Shown here: one piece after another, positions 38,308 to 48,384 of the stretch
Position numbering within the stretch: position 1 is the first letter of the stretch
Layout: each line of letters opens with the position of its first letter
Assembly: GCA_043803945.1 (NCBI GenBank)
Contig: JAZDJN010000031.1
Location: 1 to 57,822 of the forward strand
Direction: 5' to 3'
Source of the DNA: a bacterium
Lineage (GTDB): Bacteria > Bacteroidota > Ignavibacteria > UBA10030
Length of the DNA: 57,822 bases
Translations under genes and position numbers: made by a program
Notes under the pieces: model-generated
Seen by the model: the letters and a program-made list of their open reading frames with translations, nothing else
Told to the model about the DNA's origin: nothing
Databases searched by the model: none

Positions 38308-39369
38308 CTAGCTATCACCCTTCAATAACCGCTGCTCCCGCCATTCCTGAATGTTTGCCGGGGGTTCAAGATGTTCAGAGGATCTGCGGCGTTCAAGATG
38401 AAGTGTAGTTGTCTGGCACACCAGAACGCATGATCCGCAACCGACACATCGCTGGTAATCGACAACAACAACATTCTCCGGTACCGATAAGGCATGGAAC
38501 TGACAGCGTGCAACGCAGTCACCGCAACCGGAACATGTCCCATCCTCGAGGGTAATCTGAAAATCTGAATGAGCAACTGCGCTCATAATTCCATACTCGG
38601 CAATGCCCCGCATGATTCCACAGCAGCATGTGCAGCAGTTGCAGATATACTCGATACCATCGCGATAGTTGCCAGAGGAATGAACAAGTCCTTCTTGTTC
38701 AGTCTCGTGAAGGATACGTAATGCCGCCTCTTTTGTTATCACCCGATCGACGGTGCTTCTATCAAAGGCATTTTTGACAGGGGCAAAGACGAGGCAGGAT
38801 TCGAGTGAGTGAGTACAACCTTTACCAATGAGGTGCTGTTGTTTCCGGCAGATACATTCACGGACGCCCCATGATTGTGCTCCTTCCAGCAGTTCTGTTG
38901 CCCGCTCATACGGATGAATTGCCACCTGAAAGGGAATTGCTCTCCCAACCGGTATCACCCGATGCAATGATGGAGTATCTCTGAGAATTCCGCCTTGGGT
39001 CTCCCGAAAGTATTGCTCAAAGAGTTTTGCCATTTCAACATCCATACGCGATAACTGCCCCTCATAAAAACCGACAACAAAAGGCCGCAAGGCATAGGCA
39101 AATTCACCCTCGCCTTTTTTCAAATCGATGAGTCCTTTGGCAACCATGCGCTTGAGTGTAGTACGGGTTTCCTTGGGGTCTGTCCCTGACCGGCCGGCAA
39201 TGACGGTAACCGATTCACCAACAAGTTGCATCGTCGTGGCGAGTGTGGCTTCCTCCTGTGTGAATAATGTTCTCAGGAGTTCAATCTCAATACCGCTCTG
39301 TGTCGGTGGGAATCGATTGGGGAGTGCATCTAGAATTTGCGCCAGGCGTCGATAGACATCTTCCTGCAT
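38308..39369 (-). CDS. wHTH + Cys-rich + 2x[4Fe-4S] protein
   Basis: CICR, ICNCCTCCC, CSGCGDC..RC, CVGCGSC..VC. Confidence 0.85.
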   Translation of the reverse strand: MQEDVYRRLAQILDALPNRFPPTQSGIEIELLRTLFTQEEATLATTMQLVGESVTVIAGRSGTDPKETRTTLKRMVAKGLIDLKKGEGEFAYALRPFVVGFYEGQLSRMDVEMAKLFEQYFRETQGGILRDTPSLHRVIPVGRAIPFQVAIHPYERATELLEGAQSWGVRECICRKQQHLIGKGCTHSLESCLVFAPVKNAFDRSTVDRVITKEAALRILHETEQEGLVHSSGNYRDGIEYICNCCTCCCGIMRGIAEYGIMSAVAHSDFQITLEDGTCSGCGDCVARCQFHALSVPENVVVVDYQRCVGCGSCVLVCQTTTLHLERRRSSEHLEPPANIQEWREQRLLKGDS

Positions 39370-39418
39370 TCTTCTTGCTCCGTTTTGGTTGATTAAGTGA
39401 TACTATCAAATCAAGAGA

Positions 39419-39520
39419 AACCACTAACCCGAAGGCGTCTCGCCGAGGGGCAACGCGCAAATACAGTGTTCGGCGAGCCAGCCCGCCATGCAGTCTGGCG
39501 AGGACGCCTTCGCACTAGTT
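39419..39520. repeat. REP pair of the same family as 27919-28190, inverted
   Basis: AACCACTAACCCGAAGGCGTCTCGCCGAGGGG..GCGCAAATA closely resembles the reverse complement of 27920-27964; followed by GGCGAGGACGCCTTCGCACTAG. Confidence 0.75.
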
Positions 39521-39534
39521 TATTTACACTTTTA

Positions 39535-39640
39535 TCTAACCGTTCGCTATGTATGGTAACGTAATGGTGCGAACGGTTAGAAACACACATTTAGACCTTC
39601 CGAAGGTTAAATGGAGACCTTGTAGAGCCTTCGGAAGGTT
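39535..39640. repeat. Two further palindromic elements
   Basis: TCTAACCGTTCGC/GCGAACGGTTAGA (13-bp perfect IR), and ACCTTCCGAAGGTT / GCCTTCGGAAGGTT. Confidence 0.65.
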
Positions 39641-39651
39641 CAAGGATTCTA

Positions 39652-41262
39652 TTATTCCATTGTGCGGAAGATCGGATAAATCTTTGATCTCTCGATGACA
39701 TCATCCATCAGATTCCATCTCACAAAACTATCTTCAGCACGCGGTTCGAGAACAAGAAAGATCAATCTCGCGAGTGGTTGATTCATCGGAACGACAAGTG
39801 TCCCCGCAGGAATTGTCTGGTCTACCGGCTCCCAGGTGCCAATCACCGTTCGTTCCTTATGCGTCTGGTATTCTCGTGCGGCAACTGACATGGAGTCGAT
39901 TCGGAACTGCTCACCCTTAACTGTCAGGGATTTCTCGAGCTTAGTGAATTGAATTCCATGTGCAGTCAATCTGTCGACGATACGCCGCAGTGTAGCCGGA
40001 ACATAATAAGTGTTAGGGACCTTGCCTGTCTCACTCGCTTCAAACGTTCCATACCATGTCATCATTTCCGGTTTCCTAACGTCGGTTCGCTTCCACATCA
40101 TAGCGCCGCTGTAGGGATTACGTTCTTCGACAGTCTCACCCAGAAGAACCTCGACTTTCTCCGGCCACTTCAAAGGTTTGGAACGCAGAGCAAGCTCTTT
40201 GCCGACGACATTGTCCCGATCCGCATCACCTGTCACTTTGCGAATTGCATCGCCATGAGTCTGAACGTAATTCAGTACCTCTTCTGTAAAGCGCCGAGCA
40301 GCTTTAATACGGTCTTCAAATGTCAGATAAGAATAGACTTCGCACAGAATCCCGAGACGGTTACGCATGCCGACGTAATTGTTGTTATAGCGGGGGAGAG
40401 GCTCCGAGGTATACCATGCCGGTTCGATAGTCGTTCCGGTCCTTCCGCGTGATGCATTTCCGTAATAAAAGAGATCCCACCCATCCTTTTGTTTGATAGT
40501 TTTTGTAACGGTGGGGAGAAGCTCCTTGCGAAGGAGATCGATGATGCCCGGGTATGTTGCAGGATTCAATGGCGATTCATATGTCACGTAATAGGCATGC
40601 CTTGTGCCGTTAGTTGTATGGAGATCGAGAAACAGATGGGGGTCATATTCCGTCATCATCCTCGCCAGCGATCGAGCCTCTGGAGAATCGAGCTTGGTGT
40701 GGTCACGATTGAGATCGTAATCCTGGGCATTTGCCCGCTGGCCCATACCACCGATAGGGCCATGCTGTCCGCCGCGATTCATCAGATTGACTCTCTCGTT
40801 CCCGTCGGCATTGTAGATCGGATTGATGAGAAGCACCATTTGATCGAGCCACTTCGCATGTTTCCCCATAGCAATTGCGCGGAGAATTTCCTGCACAGCC
40901 TCCTTTCCTTCCACCTCTCCGGCATGAATGTTGCCCTGGATGTAGACACGGAGTTTCCCCGTTGCTTTCACGGCTTCGGGAGTTGCAGCTTTTACTTTTC
41001 CGACAATAGCTAATGGCATACTGCGCCCTTCATAGGTATAGCCCATGGAAGTCAATTGAATCAGGAGCGATGCGGCATCGACCTTGTTCAAAAATTCCAT
41101 GACATCAATGTAGCGGCTTGTCTCGACGTACCGGGTCCGCTCAGCACGAGTCTGTATTTTATTTAGCGAGCTCGATGGAGTCTGTGCGAACAGAGTTGCA
41201 GCGCTCAGGATGAGTGAGATCAATAACAGCATGGTCCAAAATCGAAGTGATGATACGTTCAT
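39652..41262 (-). CDS. Exported M14 zinc carboxypeptidase
   Basis: IHAGEVEG (HxxE), N.DG, DLNRD, DLH; signal peptide from the ATG at 41262. Confidence 0.88.
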   Translation of the reverse strand: MNVSSLRFWTMLLLISLILSAATLFAQTPSSSLNKIQTRAERTRYVETSRYIDVMEFLNKVDAASLLIQLTSMGYTYEGRSMPLAIVGKVKAATPEAVKATGKLRVYIQGNIHAGEVEGKEAVQEILRAIAMGKHAKWLDQMVLLINPIYNADGNERVNLMNRGGQHGPIGGMGQRANAQDYDLNRDHTKLDSPEARSLARMMTEYDPHLFLDLHTTNGTRHAYYVTYESPLNPATYPGIIDLLRKELLPTVTKTIKQKDGWDLFYYGNASRGRTGTTIEPAWYTSEPLPRYNNNYVGMRNRLGILCEVYSYLTFEDRIKAARRFTEEVLNYVQTHGDAIRKVTGDADRDNVVGKELALRSKPLKWPEKVEVLLGETVEERNPYSGAMMWKRTDVRKPEMMTWYGTFEASETGKVPNTYYVPATLRRIVDRLTAHGIQFTKLEKSLTVKGEQFRIDSMSVAAREYQTHKERTVIGTWEPVDQTIPAGTLVVPMNQPLARLIFLVLEPRAEDSFVRWNLMDDVIERSKIYPIFRTME

Positions 41263-41380
41263 TGTGCCTTCCTTATTTGTGGTGCTTATTCTCAACCGGC
41301 AATGCCTGGCCTGATCATTTCTTGAAGGAGTGAAGATCAAGCAGACCAGACCGGATGTTCTATGGTCTATCGACAATGTC

Positions 41381-43789
41381 TTACCGACGGCGTCCGCGTC
41401 CGGAAGTCTCAGTATCTTCTGCAGGGGCAGGACGCACTGTTTTTGTATCGAGCACATCTTCGAACATATCGACATTCCGATGATAGTCGCCCAGCAGATG
41501 CTCGGCAAAGTAATTCCACATCATGCGGGTGAAGTATGTCTGATACGGCCCGTACCCATGGCGTTGTCCGGGCATGATCATGAAGTCGAATCGCTTGTTC
41601 GCTTTGATCAACGCATCGACAAGGCGGATCGTATTTGCCGGGTGAACATTATTATCGATGTCACCGGTAACCAAGAGCAGGTGACCTTTTAAATTTGCGG
41701 CAAGTTCTGGATTAGTCGGTATTTTGATCTTAAAGGAAGTGGTGCTATCCTTCTTATTGAGCTCTTCTTTCACGCCATGATGCGTTTCGCCCCACCAGCG
41801 GTTATAGACGTTATTGTCGTGATTTCCTGATGAAGCAACACCGACTTTAAAGAAATCGGGATAGACCATCATCGCTGCTGCCGTCATGAATCCTCCGCCT
41901 GAATGGCCATAGATTCCGACACGATTGAGGTCGATGAAGCTGTGCCGGTAAGCGAGCTGCTCGATGACTGCTTTTTTATCGTCGAGTCCGTAATCGCGCA
42001 AATTCCCCTGGCCATATTCCTGGTACCATAATGCCCGCTGCGGTGAACCGCCCCGATTGCCAAGCGTGATGACGATGAAGCCAACCTGAGCGAGTGCGAA
42101 GTTGCCATTGGTCGGCGTGAAATTTTTAGGAACGCTTTCTGTCTGGGGCCCGGGATATACATGGGCGATAATGGGATATTTCTTGGCGGGGTCGAAATCC
42201 AGCGGTTTCCACATCACACCATAGATATCGGTAATACCATCGGCGGCTTTTGTCTTAAAGACTTCAGGAGCTTTCCAGCCGATTTCTTTTAACAGAGAAA
42301 TATCCATCGTCTCCAGGTCGATGAGGGGGTTGCCCTTGCTGTCGCGGAGGACCGATTTCGGTTCCTGGTCGACGCGTGAAAAGTTATCGACGAAATATTT
42401 TCGTGACTCGTTAATTGATACGGCATGCGTTGCATTTTCCGGCGTCACGAACTGAAAGCTTGTTCCATCGAAATTGACACGGTAGACATGATTGTAGTAA
42501 GGATCCCGCTCTTCTTCTTTCCCAACGCAGTTGAAAAAGACAACACCCTTTGCAGTGTCGATGGCTGCCACGCCGTCAACCATGAATCCACCGACGGTAA
42601 CACGATTCTTCAATTTGCCTGTGGCATCGTAACGATAATAATGGCCCCACCCGTCGCGGAGCGAATACCACATGAATTCTTCTCCGCCGTTTAAGACCAC
42701 AAGCGGTTGTGCCTCCAGGGAAACATCAATGTGTTCATTGAAAAGTTCGGCTACTTTTCCTGTCAATGCGTCGGCAACACACACATCGGTTTTATGAAGA
42801 TCACGGCTTCGGCGGGTGAGGTAGAATTTATCGGAGTTCTTCGCCCACTGGAATCCACCCACGGATTGATCGATCCACTTCTTCACGTCGAGGGGAGTTG
42901 CTTTTTGCCCTGCGAAATCATAGATGCTGGAATAGGATTGAGGAATGTTCTTCTCTCCCGGCATTTCATATTTATAGGTCTCCAGGGTTGGACGCGGATT
43001 GCTCAAAGAATTGATCACCCACAAATCCGAAACGTGTCGCGAGTCGGTTCGCGTGAAGATAAATTTCTTTGAATCCTTTGACCATGAAACAGACGCACGG
43101 CGCCTCTTGTTCTTGGTGGTATCATCTGACTGAGATCCATAGCTGTTATACTTCTCGCCATCGGTGGTTATTTGATGTTCAACGCTATCCTTATCGTTGG
43201 CTTTCATCCAGTACAAATTGTGATTCTTGGCAAAGATAACAACGGTACTATCCGGTGAAAAGCTTTTCCAGCTGTCGTCATCTTTCTTTTTCACTGAGTC
43301 TTTGAATACCACCTCTTGCGTTGCAAGGTTGTACTCGTACTTTATACTGTCAAGCTCGAACTCGAAGGTTTTATTCTCTTTGGTGAATTTGATGTTCTGC
43401 AGAGTAAGGTCATTCGGATTGAACGGCTTTTTTTTCAGTGCGATCAAATCGGCTGTCAGCTTTTGATGATCGAAGAGAAGTGCCTTGCTTTTTTTCTCCG
43501 GATCGACAATGTAATATGTTGCTCCTTTGGTTGTCTTGTAACGGTACCAGAATTTATCGCTCTTCTCCAGCCAGTTTGGCCGGACCGCCTGATCGTGGAT
43601 CAGGTTGGTCAGTTTGTCTGACTTGTATTTGTTCGCCAGTTCAAAGTTTGCTTTCTGGACAAGTTGTGAAGGTTGGTTTTGTTGCGCAAATGCAATGCCG
43701 CTCAGTACGAAGAGTAATCCAATTACGAGCAGGACCAGTGTATGCCGCACATTAGAGCGCAAGAAAAAAATGGTGGATGAACGATTCAT
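41381..43789 (-). CDS. Exported S9 dipeptidyl peptidase IV-like
   Basis: YPGPQ, GHSGGG nucleophile, D.NVH, H in GQRHGY; RBS AGGAGG before the ATG at 43789. Confidence 0.92.
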   Translation of the reverse strand: MNRSSTIFFLRSNVRHTLVLLVIGLLFVLSGIAFAQQNQPSQLVQKANFELANKYKSDKLTNLIHDQAVRPNWLEKSDKFWYRYKTTKGATYYIVDPEKKSKALLFDHQKLTADLIALKKKPFNPNDLTLQNIKFTKENKTFEFELDSIKYEYNLATQEVVFKDSVKKKDDDSWKSFSPDSTVVIFAKNHNLYWMKANDKDSVEHQITTDGEKYNSYGSQSDDTTKNKRRRASVSWSKDSKKFIFTRTDSRHVSDLWVINSLSNPRPTLETYKYEMPGEKNIPQSYSSIYDFAGQKATPLDVKKWIDQSVGGFQWAKNSDKFYLTRRSRDLHKTDVCVADALTGKVAELFNEHIDVSLEAQPLVVLNGGEEFMWYSLRDGWGHYYRYDATGKLKNRVTVGGFMVDGVAAIDTAKGVVFFNCVGKEEERDPYYNHVYRVNFDGTSFQFVTPENATHAVSINESRKYFVDNFSRVDQEPKSVLRDSKGNPLIDLETMDISLLKEIGWKAPEVFKTKAADGITDIYGVMWKPLDFDPAKKYPIIAHVYPGPQTESVPKNFTPTNGNFALAQVGFIVITLGNRGGSPQRALWYQEYGQGNLRDYGLDDKKAVIEQLAYRHSFIDLNRVGIYGHSGGGFMTAAAMMVYPDFFKVGVASSGNHDNNVYNRWWGETHHGVKEELNKKDSTTSFKIKIPTNPELAANLKGHLLLVTGDIDNNVHPANTIRLVDALIKANKRFDFMIMPGQRHGYGPYQTYFTRMMWNYFAEHLLGDYHRNVDMFEDVLDTKTVRPAPAEDTETSGRGRRR

Positions 43790-44075
43790 CAGGACCTCCT
43801 TCAAAGAGATGGATGATGTAATGGAGCGGGATAAGTTTCTATAAAAACGAAGTCGCTTGGCTAAAGTTGTATGAATTTCTTTGAAAAACAAATAAGAAAG
43901 AATGCCGCATCTCAATGATACGAAGGCAGCATTTTTAGTGGGAAGAGGGGAAAAAGGAAAATAGGAAGTCCAATGATACAAAGAAGTCCGCCTTTTTTCG
44001 TAGATTGAACAAAGGTAAAAGACGGACTTCTACTTAGCATCGAAAAAACTTCTAATAAGCAGCAATCTTGAGAGA

Positions 44076-44525
44076 ATGATACAACTTGCTGATGAGTTTT
44101 TTGCAGCGAAGCATGATCCAAACCAAATCTCCGTTGATGAAACCGTGGTTGCCCATCTGCAGAAAATTCACCCTAAAACAGTCTCAGAGGAACAGGATGA
44201 GAATGGACCCATTGCATGGATGTTGATCATCCCTACCACGTATGAACTCATGGAGCAATTTATTGAGGGAGAACTGAGCGAGCAGGAATTATTGACGAAG
44301 ACTCCACTGAACGCGAAGTACGATGCTCTCTATCTTTGCTCAGCATTGGTGCTGCCGGAACATCGGAGCAAAGGTTTGGCAAAGCGCATGCTGTCCGAGG
44401 CAATAAGCGCCATCAAAAACGATCATCCATTACGTGCTCTGTTTTATTGGTCATTCAGTTTCGAAGGTGATCGCCTGGTAAAATCCGTCGCACACGCTAC
44501 CAATCTTCCCCTCTTCCAGCGATAA
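44076..44525 (+). CDS. GNAT-like hypothetical protein
   Basis: LCSALVLPEHRSKGLAK resembles the acetyl-CoA motif A. Confidence 0.65.
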   Translation: MIQLADEFFAAKHDPNQISVDETVVAHLQKIHPKTVSEEQDENGPIAWMLIIPTTYELMEQFIEGELSEQELLTKTPLNAKYDALYLCSALVLPEHRSKGLAKRMLSEAISAIKNDHPLRALFYWSFSFEGDRLVKSVAHATNLPLFQR

Positions 44526-44810
44526 TAATGTAGAGTGACTGATAATGTCCTGTCTAGTGCGTAGGCGTCTTGCTGAGCACCTCCATTCGGGTGGTTGAGT
44601 GTAACTATAATCTTACCTCCAACACCTTTAACCAAAAAAGGAAAACACTGAGACGTCACGAACCATTTCGTAACGTATAACGTTGGATACATTTCCCCTC
44701 GTTTCGAAACTCCTCCGTCGATACGTATCAGTTTCGGTGATTCTACGCAGGAGCGTACAATCAGGTGAGCAATCCATTTACAGAAAAACAATCTTCATTT
44801 TTTAACAACA

Positions 44811-47459
44811 CTAAAACTTCACGTTGAGCACCTGAGGAGAACCTGCCGGGACCGGTTTTATCTTTTTAAATGTCTTCCATTGCGTTGTTCCCTGTTCGCC
44901 TATACTTATTGTATAAGATCCTTTTGAGAAAATTTTTGGTGTGATAGTTTTTCCCTTGATGCGCAGTGTGTACACGATTTCTCCATCCGATTCATCGATG
45001 ACCTGAATAACCGGGTCGGATATCCCTTTCACCTTGACTGTTGGCAGAGAACCCACAGCTTTCCTTCCATAATTATCAAGTTGATTGATGGTAATCGGCC
45101 AATCGGAATACTGGCGCTCTGTACCCCCGGGGAGTTGGGGTGATCGCTGCCAGCATTCCATGGTGATCGATCGTGTCTCGCGGTTGAATCGGATGATCGC
45201 GAATCCGGTCGCCCTGTCGTACAGGTTTGAAGGATTTAAGCCGGTGAAATAGGGATTCGATGAAGCGTACATCGTTACCTTGTTGCCAAGTCCTTCAATG
45301 AAATCTCCGTTGTAGAGCGGCGAGTTGGGTTCGCGGTTCAAGCCGGGAGTTCTTGGAAACCATCTGCGCGGCCATACATTTGAAATTGCAGGAACACAGA
45401 ATGCATACCCGGCATCCCGCCAGTCATCAATGCCATATTGCGTCACGGTGCCGAGATGTTGATCGCCTGCGATATGGAAAGCAAATCCCTTCCTCATTTC
45501 ACGCAGCGCTCGGTTCCTTCCGCTCTGCGGCCAGCCATCGGAATCCAGGTCGGCGACCGGCACATCGTTTTCTGGATATTCACCCGGTTGAAGGATGCGA
45601 AGCTGCGGAACCGACTGATCACTTGTCGAGCCTTCAGGGAGTGTTTGGACACACGAGAAAATTGTCTGCGAGAGAACAACCTTCATCCAGGTTTTGTCTC
45701 TCCAATCGCTTGACCACGCATTAAGAAATTTCTCCTGCCTTTCGCCCAGCAGGGAAGCAGTCGGAACATCAGATTCTGTCTTGGGATCGAATGCTGGATA
45801 TCGAATGAAGCCATTCCAAATGTCTGCTGTCGGCAGCAGCGGTTTTGGAGCCGACTTGAATTTCCGGTCTTCGAGTACTGCGAAGCTGATTCCTGCATAC
45901 TGGAGATTGCAATAGTACACACCGATTCCCTGCTCGACCGGTGCAGCATCATACGGATCGGGTAAGTGTGCAGTCTGTGTCCGTTGGATCATATTCACCC
46001 AGCGTGCAGGCATCTTGTATCCACCTTGATCCTGGGCGTCCGCTCCGGATAATCCGGCCGGAGTAGCTTTTCCACCGGCTCCCCAGACATTACCATGATA
46101 GACATCGTGATCATCAGGAAGTGCGACCGAGGGAATGCTGCGGAGTAAATCGCGATACGCCCAGCCATAGAGGTACCATTTGCGAAGGTAATCGATCATC
46201 GACCACTCGATCACTCCAACCTCCACGCCATAACCGCCGACACCTTCATAGATTTGATCGCCTGAGAAAAAGAGAAGGTCGGGCTTCTTCGATTTCACCT
46301 GTTTGACGATATCGTTGTTCGGAAATCCGAGATCGTTGTTGCCTGTGAATGCAGCAATGACAATCTCTTTTTTCTGATTTGGTTCTTTCCGAATGACTCC
46401 TTCAAACGTATGCTGTTGAAGTTGTTCTAAACCGGTATCGAATGCATAGACGAGCCGATAAGGAATGCCTCGTGTTCCATCCCATCGTTCAATGCGCAAT
46501 GTTGCCGTGTAGGAATCGGTATCGATCGGTGCTTCGGCAGTTTGTGTCCAACTTCCTTTGGATTGTTGGAGGAATAATTGCACAGACTGTCCGTCAGATT
46601 TGCCGATGGGAGGCAGTTGAGCGGTGAGTTTAAGTATGCCTTTACTGAGCGTGTAGTGGGAAAAGAGAATCGGACCGAAGGAACGATCCGGAAATTCTGA
46701 AAGCTTGGATCCGCTCATCTCCCAATTCTTAAACCAGAAGCGGACATTGCCGCTCCGTTCTGTGCCTGGCTTTGTTCCCCAGTTTGGATAGTCAAACGGC
46801 TCTCGATGTCGACTGGATCGTGGTATGCGGCCCTTGTGGCAGACCAATGCGATGCCCCCTTTCAGCCAGTCTTCTGGAACTTGTGCAGTGAGAGAGGAGA
46901 GAAGTACACCGCCAATTTTATAGGCAGATAACGATACTTCATATTGCGATCCTTTTGGGGTGGAGGTTAGAACAAGCCAGATGTTTTGGAGAGGGATTGA
47001 GAACTGCTGCACGATCGAATCGGGTTGACCGATAAAGAGTTGGCCCCTGGTTGTTATGCCGATGGGAAATCCGACACCACGCACGGCATCATCACGATAA
47101 TCGTTAAACTCTCCGCGCACGCCGATTGAAAATCCGATCCACCCGTCATCGAGCTTGGTACTATCGTTCTCCATTCTCCCAACCTGCACACTCATTTGAA
47201 AAGGAGATCTCTTGTTGTTCAACTCGTGTGTCAGCAGGAACACATTTCGTTCACCGCCGCTGCTGATGCATTCGATGCGGCTGTTCTTGATCTGCCAATC
47301 CTGCAGGGGATTAGCCCAATACTCAGAACCGATCCAGGTACGATGAGTGTTGCCAGGGAGAGTACTCCGAAAAAATACTTTCTGAGAAAAAGTATTTTCA
47401 TGAGGTGATAGAAAAAGAATCAATGATGTGAGAATCATTTTTGATATTTGGACTTTCAT
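44811..47459 (-). CDS. PhoD-family alkaline phosphatase/phosphodiesterase, large multidomain
   Basis: GDQIY, DDHD, ED.R, GDQH; N-terminal signal; RBS GGAGG. Confidence 0.85.
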   Translation of the reverse strand: MKVQISKMILTSLILFLSPHENTFSQKVFFRSTLPGNTHRTWIGSEYWANPLQDWQIKNSRIECISSGGERNVFLLTHELNNKRSPFQMSVQVGRMENDSTKLDDGWIGFSIGVRGEFNDYRDDAVRGVGFPIGITTRGQLFIGQPDSIVQQFSIPLQNIWLVLTSTPKGSQYEVSLSAYKIGGVLLSSLTAQVPEDWLKGGIALVCHKGRIPRSSRHREPFDYPNWGTKPGTERSGNVRFWFKNWEMSGSKLSEFPDRSFGPILFSHYTLSKGILKLTAQLPPIGKSDGQSVQLFLQQSKGSWTQTAEAPIDTDSYTATLRIERWDGTRGIPYRLVYAFDTGLEQLQQHTFEGVIRKEPNQKKEIVIAAFTGNNDLGFPNNDIVKQVKSKKPDLLFFSGDQIYEGVGGYGVEVGVIEWSMIDYLRKWYLYGWAYRDLLRSIPSVALPDDHDVYHGNVWGAGGKATPAGLSGADAQDQGGYKMPARWVNMIQRTQTAHLPDPYDAAPVEQGIGVYYCNLQYAGISFAVLEDRKFKSAPKPLLPTADIWNGFIRYPAFDPKTESDVPTASLLGERQEKFLNAWSSDWRDKTWMKVVLSQTIFSCVQTLPEGSTSDQSVPQLRILQPGEYPENDVPVADLDSDGWPQSGRNRALREMRKGFAFHIAGDQHLGTVTQYGIDDWRDAGYAFCVPAISNVWPRRWFPRTPGLNREPNSPLYNGDFIEGLGNKVTMYASSNPYFTGLNPSNLYDRATGFAIIRFNRETRSITMECWQRSPQLPGGTERQYSDWPITINQLDNYGRKAVGSLPTVKVKGISDPVIQVIDESDGEIVYTLRIKGKTITPKIFSKGSYTISIGEQGTTQWKTFKKIKPVPAGSPQVLNVKF

Positions 47460-47480
47460 CATATCCTCCCATAGCAAAAA

Positions 47481-47886
47481 GTATTTCGCTCCTGACGGAG
47501 CTCAAAATATTTTCCTTTGTTTAAGCTATAACTATTATGCCCCCTACGGGGCATTCGATGTGTCCTGTTTATTCTTCAGGTGTAACAATCCCATGTCTAC
47601 GGAAGGCAAATGGACGGTTAAGAATGTTTTATTTTGTATCCTTTCTTAGGCTGTCGTGTAGTCATCAAAAAATATTCTATTCCACCTTTATGATTTATTC
47701 AGCCTACTACGCAAATGCACAAAACGGTAAATTATGATTTGGGAAATCAGGTTTTGAAAATTATTATCTTAGACGTCGCCGTCTCTAATGAAGCGTTTTC
47801 ATGCATTTTCAAAAAAGGCTCCGTAGGAGCCGGGAATTTTTAACTACCCCAAAGGATTTCGTTGAGCTCTGTAGGAGCGAGATATC
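47481..47886. repeat. REPIN copy A (about 405 bp)
   Basis: REP hairpins GCTCCTGACGGAGC, GCCCCCTACGGGGC ... GCTCCGTAGGAGC, GCTCTGTAGGAGC; colinear with 48385-49043. Confidence 0.85.
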
Positions 47887-48368
47887 GAAGCACCTTGGTA
47901 CCGATCATCTTCAATCCAATCAAAGACAAAGCGTGGGTCATATTCTATTTGAAATTTTTCCAGCAAGGAAAGGTACTCTTCCCTGAATGTCTTCTTACAG
48001 TGATGAGCTTCCTGTCCATCGATATATTTTATTACTCGATCAAGATGCGAGTGAGAATAGGAAAAGGCGCCAAAGCCTCCTTGCCAATGGAATTTACCTT
48101 TGCTCCACCGTTTCTCATTGATGAATCGGGAGGAATTTGCCTTGATATCTCTCACCAAATCGGATAGTGCAATATCGGGTTTCAGTCCAATGAGTATGTG
48201 AACATGATCTGAGACACTATTAATCCGCAGAAGCTTTTGTTTGTTATTTCGGATAATGCCACTCATATATTTATGGAGCTCATCCTTATTATCTCTTCGC
48301 AGAAGGTTTTGCCTTCCTTTTACAGTGAAGACTATCTGGATATAAATCTGGCTGAATGTGTTTGCCAT
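47844..48368 (-). CDS. tnpA: IS200/IS605-like Y1 HUH transposase, REP-associated (RAYT-like)
   Basis: MANTFSQIYIQIVF.VKGR, HUH DHVH, WQ.GFGAFSYS, YIDGQ; RBS GGGAGG; no tnpB; flanked by REPs. Confidence 0.9.
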   Translation of the reverse strand: MANTFSQIYIQIVFTVKGRQNLLRRDNKDELHKYMSGIIRNNKQKLLRINSVSDHVHILIGLKPDIALSDLVRDIKANSSRFINEKRWSKGKFHWQGGFGAFSYSHSHLDRVIKYIDGQEAHHCKKTFREEYLSLLEKFQIEYDPRFVFDWIEDDRYQGASISRSYRAQRNPLG

Positions 48369-48384
48369 AGGCCTCCCTTTCCCT

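Noticed and set aside
39535-39581. TCTAAC...GTTAGA palindrome as an attC site
   Set aside because: Only 47 bp, a perfect IR with no L boxes or extrahelical bases, and isolated among REPs.
41263-41508. Long N-terminal extensions in track ORFs (also 43790-43981, 48369-48449, 18729-18785, 37291-37341)
   Set aside because: Internal ATGs with good RBSs give more plausible starts, mostly with signal peptides; the extensions overlap other genes, repeats or intergenic DNA.
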